In this document: one piece after another, positions 50,497 through 58,407 of the stretch
How positions within the stretch are numbered: the first letter of the stretch is position 1
Layout: each line of letters begins with the position of its first letter
NCBI GenBank assembly: GCA_035250905.1
Contig: DATFEQ010000043.1
Coordinates: 9,598-73,597 of the forward strand
Origin: Steroidobacteraceae bacterium
Lineage (GTDB): Bacteria; Pseudomonadota; Gammaproteobacteria; Steroidobacterales; Steroidobacteraceae
Direction of reading: 5' to 3'
Length of the DNA: 64,000 nt
Notes under the pieces: model-generated
Seen by the model: only the letters and a program-made list of their open reading frames with translations
The model's database searches: none
Told to the model about the DNA's origin: nothing
Program-made: the position numbers and the translations under genes

Positions 50497-50910
50497 ATGC
50501 CCTCGCGCAGCGCAAGCGTGACCTCGCGCCGGCCGTACCTGTTGCGCGCCATGCACGAGTGGATCAGCGATAACGCGCAGACGCCGCACATCGTGGTCGA
50601 TGCGCAGCTCGAGGGCGTCGACGTCCCGCGCCAGTACGTCAAGGATGGCAAGATCATCCTCAACCTGAGCCACGCCGCCACCAGCGCCCTCAAGCTCGGC
50701 AACGAATGGGTCGAGTTCAACGCCCGCTTCGGCGGCGTCACGCGCCACGTGAAAGTGCCGCTCGGCGCCGTGCTCGGGATCTACGCGCGCGAGACCGGCC
50801 AGGGCATGATCTTCAGCGAGAACGACATGGGACCCGAGCCGCCGGCCGGGAAATCGACCGGGTCTGCCGACAAGGGCCGCCGGCGACCGCATCTCAAGGT
50901 CGTCAAGTAA
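50497..50910 (+). CDS. sspB: ClpXP protease specificity-enhancing factor SspB
   Basis: RPYLLRAMHEWISDN...TPHIVVDA hallmark N-terminus and a C-terminal ClpX-binding tail ending LKVVK. Confidence 0.9.
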   Translation: MPSRSASVTSRRPYLLRAMHEWISDNAQTPHIVVDAQLEGVDVPRQYVKDGKIILNLSHAATSALKLGNEWVEFNARFGGVTRHVKVPLGAVLGIYARETGQGMIFSENDMGPEPPAGKSTGSADKGRRRPHLKVVK

Positions 50911-50919
50911 ACGCGCTGG

Positions 50920-51285
50920 TCACGTCTCCGACGTGAAGGCTGCGCGGATCCACTCGATTCCCGGCGTCGGTGCAGCCGCGTCGATCGCCACTACGTCGAA
51001 GCGGATCGGCAGGGAGCGCAGGCCCGGATGCGTGAGCAGCAGGTGATGGGTTGCCAGCGCGATACGCCGGCGCTTGCGTGCGTCGATGCTCGCTCGCGCG
51101 CCGCCAAAACGCGTGCTGCTGCGCCGGCGGACTTCGACCACCACCAGCGCACTGCCCTCGCGCAACACCAGGTCGAGCTCTCCGAAGCGGCAGCGATAGT
51201 TGGCGAGGAGCGGGCTGAGCCCGCGCGCGACGAGAAAATCCCGTGCGGCAGTCTCCGCTTCGGCACCCAGTCGGCGGCGATCCAT
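50920..51285 (-). CDS. yraN: YraN family protein (UPF0102, endonuclease-like)
   Basis: GAEAETAARDFLVARG...YRCRFGELDLV...VVVEVR matches the YraN signature. Confidence 0.85.
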   Translation of the reverse strand: MDRRRLGAEAETAARDFLVARGLSPLLANYRCRFGELDLVLREGSALVVVEVRRRSSTRFGGARASIDARKRRRIALATHHLLLTHPGLRSLPIRFDVVAIDAAAPTPGIEWIRAAFTSET

Positions 51286-51298
51286 GCCGCAGGCGCTC

Positions 51299-53206
51299 TC
51301 AGGGTTGAGGTGCCGTGGGGGGCTGCAGGGGCGCGAGCGCCAGGTTGTGCGGCTTGCCGTCGCGGATCTGTGCCCAGTCGAGATCGCGATAGATGCGCCC
51401 GTCCGGCTCGACGGTCAGTCTTCCGGTCATGCCGGGGACGCGGCGTGTCTGCCCCGACTGCCGGGCGCGCAGCGTGGGCAGCAGGCGATAGGCGTCATAG
51501 CCGAAGGCATAAAGTCGCCCGCGGCGGTTGGCGCGCGCCGGCCAGGCCTGTGTCACCGCACCGCGTAATTCCTCGGACACCGGGTCGTGCGCGATCATCC
51601 ACGGCATGTCGGGAAAGATGATGCCGTCGAGATCGACGTTGGCCGTCTCATCGGGCTCGAATGCATCCGAAGTCGTATAGGTCGGAATATCGCCGGCGTA
51701 GTGGAAGCGCAGCTGCGGGCGGATCAGCCGGCTGTGCGACGCTTGGGCCGCGACAAAAATGAACTCCACGTCGCCGCGCCGCCGCGGTTCGAACTCGAGC
51801 TTGACGCCGAGCGCATTCGACAGGCGCGCGTAACGCTCGCGACTGTCGGCGAGGCGCAGCACCTGCTGGATCTCGGGCGTGTAGTCATTGTCCGCCGGAT
51901 CGTAGACTCCGCGCGCCAGCAGCTCTCCGCCCAGCTGGCCGAGCTCGTCCGAGAATGCCGCGAGAATTCTCGTGCCCCACTCACCGGTGGGCACCAGCGC
52001 AACGCCGCGCGAGCGCCCGTCGGCCACCGCTCGCCTCGCCACCTGGCGCGCCTCGTCCTCGGGCACGAGCGCGAACTGGTAGAAGCTGGCCGGCGCACCC
52101 TGGCCCTCGGGAAGGAAGTTGAGCGCGAGCACGGACACGCGCCCGTCGGCGATCGCGGCCGCTCCGCTCACTTCGTCCTTGGTGAGCGGTCCCACGACGA
52201 ATTGCGCACCCTCATCGACGGCACGCAGCAGCGCGACGCCGATGTCCTGGCCAGCGACGTCGTAGACGCGAACGCGCGGGCGTTGATCCGCCGCCTGCTG
52301 AAAATACGCGGAGAAGAAGCCATCGCGCACCGCTATGGCGGCCGCCTGCTGACGCCCGCTCAGTGGCAGCAGCAGCGCGACCTCGGCGGGATACTCGAGC
52401 GCCACGGCCGACTCACGCAGGAGATCATCGAGCAGCGCGCCATTGGCCGGGTGCAGCGGATACCGCGCGCGCCAGTCCTTGGCGCGTGGCGCAGCTGAAA
52501 AGGGGCTGCGCTCGACTTCAATGAGCAATGTGCCGAGCTCGAGCCAGCCCGCGAGCAACGGATCGGCGCCCGGGGGCGGTGCCAGCGAAGCGCCTCGCAG
52601 GCCCGCATTGCGCAGTCCCTGCACCATCAGTTGACGGTTGGCGTTCAGGGCGTCGGCGCCGGACAACCAGCGCTCGCGCTCGGTGAGAGACCTGACCCCC
52701 GCGGCCGCATTGCCGCTGGCGAATTGCGCCTGTGCCTGCAGCGCAAGCGTGCGGGTCGCGATTGCCGGACTCGCAGGCGGCGGTAACCCGCTCAGCACCT
52801 TGAGCGCTCGCGCGGCGTCGTCGGCGGTGAGCGCCGCTTCGGCTTCGAGCAGCGCGCGCGTGGTCGCCTGCTCGGCGCTCAACGGGCCGGTAATGAGGCC
52901 GAGTACGCGTTCCGCGTCCGGCAGAGAGCCGGCGGCGAGCCATTGCTCGATGGCGCGCAATTGGTACTGCGTCCGCTCGGCCGCGGCCGTGGCCTGTCCC
53001 GCCAGTCGCTCGAACATCTGCGCCGCCTCGCGGGTGTTGCCCTCACGCACCAGCTTTTCAGCGGCCGCTGCATCCGGGGGCCGCTCCGTCGGCGGACGCA
53101 CGGGGGCGGAAGGACAACCCGCCAGCAGCAGCGCCACGCAGGCAATGACGAGCGCGGCGCCGCTCAGGCGGATTCGCAGTTCCGGTAGCATTGGTCCTGG
53201 ACGCAT
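51299..53206 (-). CDS. lpoA: Penicillin-binding protein activator LpoA (lipoprotein)
   Basis: Lipobox LLLAGC, an N-terminal TPR-like region, and a C-terminal periplasmic-binding-like domain. It has the conserved position divergent from rsmI. The start is one of ATG 53218, 53206 or 53191. Confidence 0.8.
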   Translation of the reverse strand: MRPGPMLPELRIRLSGAALVIACVALLLAGCPSAPVRPPTERPPDAAAAEKLVREGNTREAAQMFERLAGQATAAAERTQYQLRAIEQWLAAGSLPDAERVLGLITGPLSAEQATTRALLEAEAALTADDAARALKVLSGLPPPASPAIATRTLALQAQAQFASGNAAAGVRSLTERERWLSGADALNANRQLMVQGLRNAGLRGASLAPPPGADPLLAGWLELGTLLIEVERSPFSAAPRAKDWRARYPLHPANGALLDDLLRESAVALEYPAEVALLLPLSGRQQAAAIAVRDGFFSAYFQQAADQRPRVRVYDVAGQDIGVALLRAVDEGAQFVVGPLTKDEVSGAAAIADGRVSVLALNFLPEGQGAPASFYQFALVPEDEARQVARRAVADGRSRGVALVPTGEWGTRILAAFSDELGQLGGELLARGVYDPADNDYTPEIQQVLRLADSRERYARLSNALGVKLEFEPRRRGDVEFIFVAAQASHSRLIRPQLRFHYAGDIPTYTTSDAFEPDETANVDLDGIIFPDMPWMIAHDPVSEELRGAVTQAWPARANRRGRLYAFGYDAYRLLPTLRARQSGQTRRVPGMTGRLTVEPDGRIYRDLDWAQIRDGKPHNLALAPLQPPTAPQP

Positions 53207-53299
53207 TGTTTGCCGCATCACGGGAGACGGGGGCCGATTATAGTGGTCAAGCGCCGCGCACCGTCGCGCAGAATCGCACGCGCCAGGAAAGATTCGCCG

Positions 53300-54160
53300 G
53301 TGCTCGGCAAGAGCAACGCGGGTGGCACGCTCCATGTCGTCGCCACGCCCATCGGCAACCTGCAGGACTGGAGTGCACGCGCGCAGCAGGTGCTCGCCAG
53401 TGCCGATCTCGTTGCGGCCGAGGACACGCGGCACACCCTGCAGCTGCTCGAGGCGCACGGCATTCGGGCGCGGCTGCTCTCGGTGCACGAGCACAACGAA
53501 GCGCAACGCGTTCAGGAAGTGCTGCAAGCGCTCGCGAGCGGGGCGAACGTGGCGCTGGTGAGTGATGCGGGCACCCCGCTCGTGAGCGACCCGGGGTTGC
53601 GCATCGTCCAGGCCGCCATCGGCGCAGGTTTTGAGGTCCGGACGGTTCCGGGGCCGTGCGCCGCGATCGCCGCGCTCAGCGTGGCGGGTCTCGAGAGCGA
53701 GCGCTTCGCGTTCGAGGGATTCCTGCCGGCGAAGCCGGCGGCGCGACGCGAGCGTCTGGCGGCGGTGCGCGGCGATCCGCGCACCCTCATCTGCTATGAA
53801 GCGCCGCATCGCCTGGGCGAGAGCCTCGAGGACCTGTGCGCGGCCCTCGGACCCGCTCGCCGCGCCGTGGTCGCCCGCGAGCTCACCAAGATGTTCGAGA
53901 CCGTCTATCGCGGCACGCTCGCGGAGCTCGCGGAGCGCGCCCGCGCGGATGGCGATATGCAGCGCGGCGAGATCGTGATCGTCGTCGAGGGCGCGCCGCC
54001 CGCCGCAGACGCCGATGAAGCCGAAATCGAACGGGTGCTCGGCGTCTTGCTGGCGGAACTGAGCGTTTCGCAGTCCGCAGATCTCGCCGCCGCGCTGACG
54101 GGGGCGAGTCGCAACGCGGCCTACCGGCTGGCGCTCAAGCTGAGCGAGAGGGGCAGCTAG
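53300..54160 (+). CDS. rsmI: 16S rRNA (cytidine1402-2'-O)-methyltransferase
   Basis: GTLHVVATPIGNLQD, AAEDTRHT and the tetrapyrrole-methylase-like fold. The start is GTG 53300, with ATG 53210 as an alternative. Confidence 0.9.
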   Translation: MLGKSNAGGTLHVVATPIGNLQDWSARAQQVLASADLVAAEDTRHTLQLLEAHGIRARLLSVHEHNEAQRVQEVLQALASGANVALVSDAGTPLVSDPGLRIVQAAIGAGFEVRTVPGPCAAIAALSVAGLESERFAFEGFLPAKPAARRERLAAVRGDPRTLICYEAPHRLGESLEDLCAALGPARRAVVARELTKMFETVYRGTLAELAERARADGDMQRGEIVIVVEGAPPAADADEAEIERVLGVLLAELSVSQSADLAAALTGASRNAAYRLALKLSERGS

Positions 54161-54216
54161 CGCCGGCACACCGACGTCATTTGAGTCGTGGCGGGAGATC
54201 GCCTATCGTGCGCACC

Positions 54217-54580
54217 GGAGTCGGCCAGGCAGTCGCTGCACGCGCAAGCGTGTGGAGGAAAGTCCGGGCTCCCAGGGCACGGTGCCAGGTAACGCCTGGG
54301 GGGCGTGAGCCCACGGAAAGTGCAACAGAAAGTACACCGCCTACGCGTCCTTCGGGACGCCGGCAAGGGTGAAATGGTGCGGTAAGAGCGCACCGCGTCG
54401 GTGGCAACACGCGACGGCACGGCAAACCCCACCTGGAGCAAGACCAAATAGGGAAGCGGGTCGCGAAAGCGGCCACGTGCGGCCCGCACGGCTTCCGGGT
54501 AGGTCGCTCGAGCGGCGTGGCGACACGCCTGCCAGAGGAATGGCTGTCCACGACAGAACCCGGCTTATCGGCCGACTCTT
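54217..54580 (+). ncRNA. rnpB: RNase P RNA, bacterial type A
   Basis: GGAGGAAAGTCCGGGCTCC, GGTGCCAGGTAACGCCTGGG, AGTGCAACAGAAAG, GGTAAGAGCGCACC and ACAGAACCCGGCTTATCGGCCGACTC align block by block with E. coli M1 RNA. Confidence 0.95.
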
Positions 54581-54608
54581 TTTATGGCGCGAGGCGCCAG
54601 AACCTGAC

Positions 54609-54637
54609 GGGGTACGCACGCTGCGAGCGCGTACCCC
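54609..54637 (+). terminator. Hairpin downstream of rnpB (possible 3'-end or terminator structure)
   Basis: A perfect 9-bp stem GGGGTACGC/GCGTACCCC with an 11-nt loop, about 30 nt after the rnpB 3' end. There is no U-tract. Confidence 0.35.
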
Positions 54638-54748
54638 GTACGCGCATGGCGTGGCGTTCGGAAGCGCGAGGCGCTGCATGCGCTACGTACAGGGCCGGCG
54701 CCACGAAAAAACTGATGCCCGGAGTCCGCGACCGGGCCGCAATAATTC

Positions 54749-54770
54749 AAATGTGAAGGGCGTCACAGCC
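54749..54770. promoter_or_regulatory. CRP/Vfr/Clp-type palindromic operator candidate
   Basis: AAATGTGA-AGGGCG-TCACAGCC has the perfect TGTGA-N6-TCACA core with a consensus AAA left flank. It sits in the rnpB-mraZ spacer. Confidence 0.45.
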
Positions 54771-54777
54771 TGAGAAC

Positions 54778-54793
54778 TGGCACGGTGCTTGCT
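54778..54793 (+). promoter_or_regulatory. Sigma-54 type -24/-12 promoter candidate
   Basis: TGGCACG-GTGC-TTGCT matches the TGGCACG-N4-TTGCW consensus exactly. It lies in intergenic DNA about 210 nt upstream of mraZ. Confidence 0.45.
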
Positions 54794-54922
54794 GGTTGCC
54801 CGCGATACATGACTCCACGTCTCATGAACCCTGCCTAAGCGATTGTTTAGGTTGGACCGAATCCGGTGCCAACCCGCCGATTCAGGCATTCCCTAAGTCC
54901 CTGTTCAGCCAGCAGTTTCGCA

Positions 54923-54951
54923 TTGACGACCGGGGTTGCGCTGCCTATAGT
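54923..54951 (+). promoter_or_regulatory. Sigma-70 promoter of the dcw cluster (Pmra)
   Basis: TTGACG (54923-54928), a 17-nt spacer, then TATAGT (54946-54951), immediately upstream of the MraZ-box repeats and mraZ. Confidence 0.6.
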
Positions 54952-54960
54952 GGCGCGCGG

Positions 54961-54985
54961 TGGGAAAAAGTGGGAGGAGATGGGG
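54961..54985 (+). promoter_or_regulatory. MraZ operator: three TGGGN direct repeats at 10-bp phasing
   Basis: TGGGA-aaaag-TGGGA-ggaga-TGGGG at 54961, 54971 and 54981. The repeat and 5-nt spacer layout is the same as the E. coli MraZ binding region. Confidence 0.6.
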
Positions 54986-55004
54986 GTTCAACAACCCATC
55001 CGAC

Positions 55005-55457
55005 ATGTTTCGAGGCGCAAACAAGGTGACTCTGGATGCCAAGGGCCGGATGGTCATGCCCACCCGGTACCGCGACCGCATCCATGAGCGCAGCCAGGGG
55101 CGGCTCGTGGTCACGGTCGACCGCGACCAGTGCCTGTTGCTGTATCCCCTCCCGGACTGGGAAGAGATCGAGCGCAAGCTCATGCGGCTTCCCACCCTCC
55201 ATGCGCAGGCAAGACGGCTGCAGCGGCTGATGGTCGGGCACGCGACCGATCTCGAGCTGGATGGCCATGGCCGCGTCCTGCTGCCGCCGAAACTGCGCGA
55301 ATTCGCCGGTTTGACGCGCCAGGGCGTGCTCATCGGGCAGGGCAACCGCTTCGAACTCTGGGATGAGGCGCGCTGGAACGAGCGTCGCGACGAGTGGCTC
55401 AAAGGCGAAGAGCTCGCTTCGGATCTGCCGGGAGAGCTCGAAACGCTGTCGCTGTAG
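55005..55457 (+). CDS. mraZ: Transcriptional regulator MraZ
   Basis: MFRGANKVTLDAKGRMVMPTRYR canonical N-terminus and two SpoVT/AbrB-like halves. Confidence 0.95.
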   Translation: MFRGANKVTLDAKGRMVMPTRYRDRIHERSQGRLVVTVDRDQCLLLYPLPDWEEIERKLMRLPTLHAQARRLQRLMVGHATDLELDGHGRVLLPPKLREFAGLTRQGVLIGQGNRFELWDEARWNERRDEWLKGEELASDLPGELETLSL

Positions 55458-55475
55458 GCCGCGGAGGCGCGTGCC

Positions 55476-56405
55476 GTGGAGAGCCACGCGCCAGTGCTGC
55501 TCGATGAAGCACTGGCGGGTTTAGGGGTGCGACCGGACGGACGGTATCTCGATGCCACGTTCGGCCGCGGAGGACATGCGAGAGCGATTCACATGAAGCT
55601 GGGAGCCTCGGGACGTCTGCTGGTCGTCGATCGCGATCCCGAAGCGGTGGCATCCGCGCGCCAGCACTTCGGCGACGATCCCCGCGTCCACATTGCCCAC
55701 GGCGCTTTCGGCGCGCTCGCGACGCTCATTCCGGCGGAGTGGGCCGCGGCGCGCTTCGACGGCATCCTGTTCGATCTCGGCGTGTCCTCGCCGCAGCTCG
55801 ACGACGCGGCGCGCGGTTTCAGTTTCATGCGCGACGGTCCGCTCGACATGCGCATGGATCCGCGCTCCGGCCCAACGGCGGCCGCATGGCTCGCGCAAGT
55901 GCGCGAAGATGAACTCGCACGCGTCATACACGAGCTCGGCGAAGAGCGCTTCGCGCGTCGCATCGCGCGCGCCATCGTGATGCGACGCCAGCAGGTGCCG
56001 ATCGAGCGTACGGCCGATCTCGCGGCCATCGTGGCCGCCGCGGTGCGCACACGCGAGCCCGGGAAGCATCCCGCCACGCGCACCTTCCAGGCGATCCGCA
56101 TGCACATCAATCGCGAGCTCGAAGAGATCGAGCGCGGCCTTGCGGCGAGCCTCGCGCTGCTCGCGCCGCTCGGGCGGCTGTGCGTGATCTCGTTTCATTC
56201 TCTCGAGGACCGGCTCGTCAAAGTTTTTCTTCGTCGGCACGCCAGCGTCGATCCCGTTTACGCCGGCTTGCCTGACGTCCCCCCGGGCGCACGCCCGAAA
56301 TTGCGGCTCGTGGGCAAGGCGTTGAAGCCCTCTGCCCACGAAGCCGCCCTTAATCCGCGCGCCCGCAGCGCGCGCCTGCGCGTCGCGGAGAGGCTCGCCG
56401 CATGA
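55476..56405 (+). CDS. rsmH: 16S rRNA (cytosine1402-N4)-methyltransferase
   Basis: HAPVLLDE, DATFGRGGH and DLGVSSPQLD motifs. GTG start. Confidence 0.95.
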   Translation: MESHAPVLLDEALAGLGVRPDGRYLDATFGRGGHARAIHMKLGASGRLLVVDRDPEAVASARQHFGDDPRVHIAHGAFGALATLIPAEWAAARFDGILFDLGVSSPQLDDAARGFSFMRDGPLDMRMDPRSGPTAAAWLAQVREDELARVIHELGEERFARRIARAIVMRRQQVPIERTADLAAIVAAAVRTREPGKHPATRTFQAIRMHINRELEEIERGLAASLALLAPLGRLCVISFHSLEDRLVKVFLRRHASVDPVYAGLPDVPPGARPKLRLVGKALKPSAHEAALNPRARSARLRVAERLAA

Positions 56406-56680
56406 GCTCGCGCCGCGTCATCGCGCTCGCGCTGCCCCTGCTGTGGGTGGCAACGCTCGCTTCCGCGGCGGGCGCGATCTACTGCAAGCACGAGTCGCGT
56501 ACGCTGTTCGTCGAGCTCGAGGCGCTCAATGCGCGTCGCGACCAGCTGCAGATCGAGTGGGGCCAGCTGCAACTCGAACAGAGCGCGTGGTCGACGCACG
56601 CCTTCGTCGAGCGCGTGGCGCACTCGCGTCTCAACATGTCGATCCCGCCGCCCGCCGCGGTGCGCATCGTGAAGCCATGA
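56402..56680 (+). CDS. ftsL: Cell division protein FtsL
   Basis: 92 aa with a single TM helix followed by a coiled-coil. It has ATGA overlaps with rsmH (5') and ftsI (3'). Confidence 0.8.
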   Translation: MSSRRVIALALPLLWVATLASAAGAIYCKHESRTLFVELEALNARRDQLQIEWGQLQLEQSAWSTHAFVERVAHSRLNMSIPPPAAVRIVKP

Positions 56681-58407
56681 GAATAGCGCCGGCGCAGCGC
56701 GACACCGCAGCGGCACGGCTGAGCGTGCGCCTGCAGATGGTGCTGGTGCTGCTGCTCGCGGGCGTGCTCGCGCTCGCGGCGCGCGCGGTCGACCTGCAGC
56801 TCATGAATCACGGCTTCCTCGCGGAGCAGGGCGACGCCCGCTACTCGCGCGTCGCGGAAATCAGCGCGCACCGCGGCACGATCACGGATCGCTACGGCGA
56901 GCCGCTCGCGGTCAGCACCCCGGTCGATTCGGTGTGGGTGAATCCCAAGGAACTCTCGCAGACCGCGGACCAGTTGCCGCGTCTCGCCCGCGCGCTCAAG
57001 CGCGAACCGCAGTCGCTCGCACGACGCGTATCGAGCAACGTCGACCGCGAGTTCCTCTACCTCGCGCGTCACCTGCAACCCGAGCAGGCGGCGCGTATCC
57101 GCATGCTCGACATTCCGGGCGTCTACCTGCTGCGCGAATACCGCCGCTACTACCCCGCGGGCGAGGTGAGCGGGCACGTGCTGGGCTTCAGCAGCATCGA
57201 CGACAGCGGCCAGGAGGGGCTCGAGCTCGCCTACGATCATTGGCTCGCGGGCGAGGACGGCGCCAAGCGCGTCATCCAGGACCGCTACGGCCACGTGGTC
57301 GAGAACGTCGAGAGCATCCGCGCCGCGCGGCCGGGCAAAGACCTGGTCTTGAGCCTCGACCTGCGCATCCAGTATCTCGCCTATCGCGAGCTCAAGCGCG
57401 CGCTCATCGAGCACCGCGCGCGGTCAGGATCGCTGGTGGTACTCGACATCGCGACCGGCGAAGTGCTGGCGATGGTCAACCAGCCGGCCTTCAACCCCAA
57501 CGATCGTGATCAGCTCGCGGCGGGACGCTACCGCAATCGCGCGGTCACGGACATCTTCGAGCCCGGCTCCAGCATCAAGCCCTTCATCGTCGCCGCCGCG
57601 CTCGACTCGGGCCGCTTTCACGAGCGCAGCATCATCAACACCGATCCGGGGTTCATCAAGGTCGGCGTCAAGGTGATCGAGGACAAGCACGACCTGGGCG
57701 CGATCGATCTCGCCACCGTGCTCGCCAAGTCGAGCAACGTGGCCATGGCGAAGATCGCGCTCGCGCTCGATCCGCAGCAGATCTGGACCACGCTCAACGC
57801 CCTGGGCTTCGGGCAGGTGACGACCAGCGGCTATCCGGGTGAGTCGGCGGGGCTGCTCAGCAGCCACAGCCACTGGCGGCCGATCGGCATTGCGACGCTG
57901 TCGTACGGCTACGGCCTGTCGGTCACGCCGCTACAGCTCGCGCAGGCCTACGCGACGCTCGGCGCCGGTGGCATCCGGCGCCCGGTGACCTTCCTGCGCG
58001 CCGATGACGCGGTTGCGGGCGAGCGCGTGCTCGATGAACGCGTCGCGCGTCAGCTCATTCACCTGCTCGAGGCGGTGATCACACCGGAGGGGACGGGCGT
58101 GCGCGCTTCTCTCACCGGGTATCGCGTCGCCGGCAAGACGGGCACGGCGTGGAAATCGACGGCCGGCGGCTACTCGACCGACAAGTACATCTCGGTGTTC
58201 GCAGGGGTCGTTCCCGCGACCGCGCCGCGCCTCGCGGCGGTGGTGATGATCGACGAGCCAGGCGGCAGGCAGTACTACGGCGGCGACGTGGCTGCGCCGG
58301 TATTCGCCGGCGTCATGTCAGGCGCGCTGCGCCTGATGGCGATCGCGCCGGATGACCTGCGCCGCGTCCCGGAGGCGACTCTCGCGCAAGCCGGAGTCGA
58401 GCCATGA
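56677..58407 (+). CDS. ftsI: Peptidoglycan D,D-transpeptidase FtsI (PBP3)
   Basis: From ATG 56677. It has a TM anchor and the SxxK (GSSIKPF), SxN (KSSNVA) and KTGT (AGKTGTA) motifs. Confidence 0.95.
   Translation: MRIAPAQRDTAAARLSVRLQMVLVLLLAGVLALAARAVDLQLMNHGFLAEQGDARYSRVAEISAHRGTITDRYGEPLAVSTPVDSVWVNPKELSQTADQLPRLARALKREPQSLARRVSSNVDREFLYLARHLQPEQAARIRMLDIPGVYLLREYRRYYPAGEVSGHVLGFSSIDDSGQEGLELAYDHWLAGEDGAKRVIQDRYGHVVENVESIRAARPGKDLVLSLDLRIQYLAYRELKRALIEHRARSGSLVVLDIATGEVLAMVNQPAFNPNDRDQLAAGRYRNRAVTDIFEPGSSIKPFIVAAALDSGRFHERSIINTDPGFIKVGVKVIEDKHDLGAIDLATVLAKSSNVAMAKIALALDPQQIWTTLNALGFGQVTTSGYPGESAGLLSSHSHWRPIGIATLSYGYGLSVTPLQLAQAYATLGAGGIRRPVTFLRADDAVAGERVLDERVARQLIHLLEAVITPEGTGVRASLTGYRVAGKTGTAWKSTAGGYSTDKYISVFAGVVPATAPRLAAVVMIDEPGGRQYYGGDVAAPVFAGVMSGALRLMAIAPDDLRRVPEATLAQAGVEP

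Noticed and set aside
53219-54169. N-terminal extension of the lpoA ORF (956 aa)
   Set aside because: It is antisense to rsmI. The LpoA lipoprotein signal peptide and lipobox begin near 53206.
54157-54773. Several 60-130-aa ORFs on both strands
   Set aside because: They lie inside or overlap the RNase P RNA gene.
54796-55029. 77-aa plus-strand ORF in the rnpB-mraZ spacer
   Set aside because: It has no SD, runs across the Pmra promoter and MraZ boxes, and shows no recognisable similarity. The region is better explained as regulatory or non-coding.
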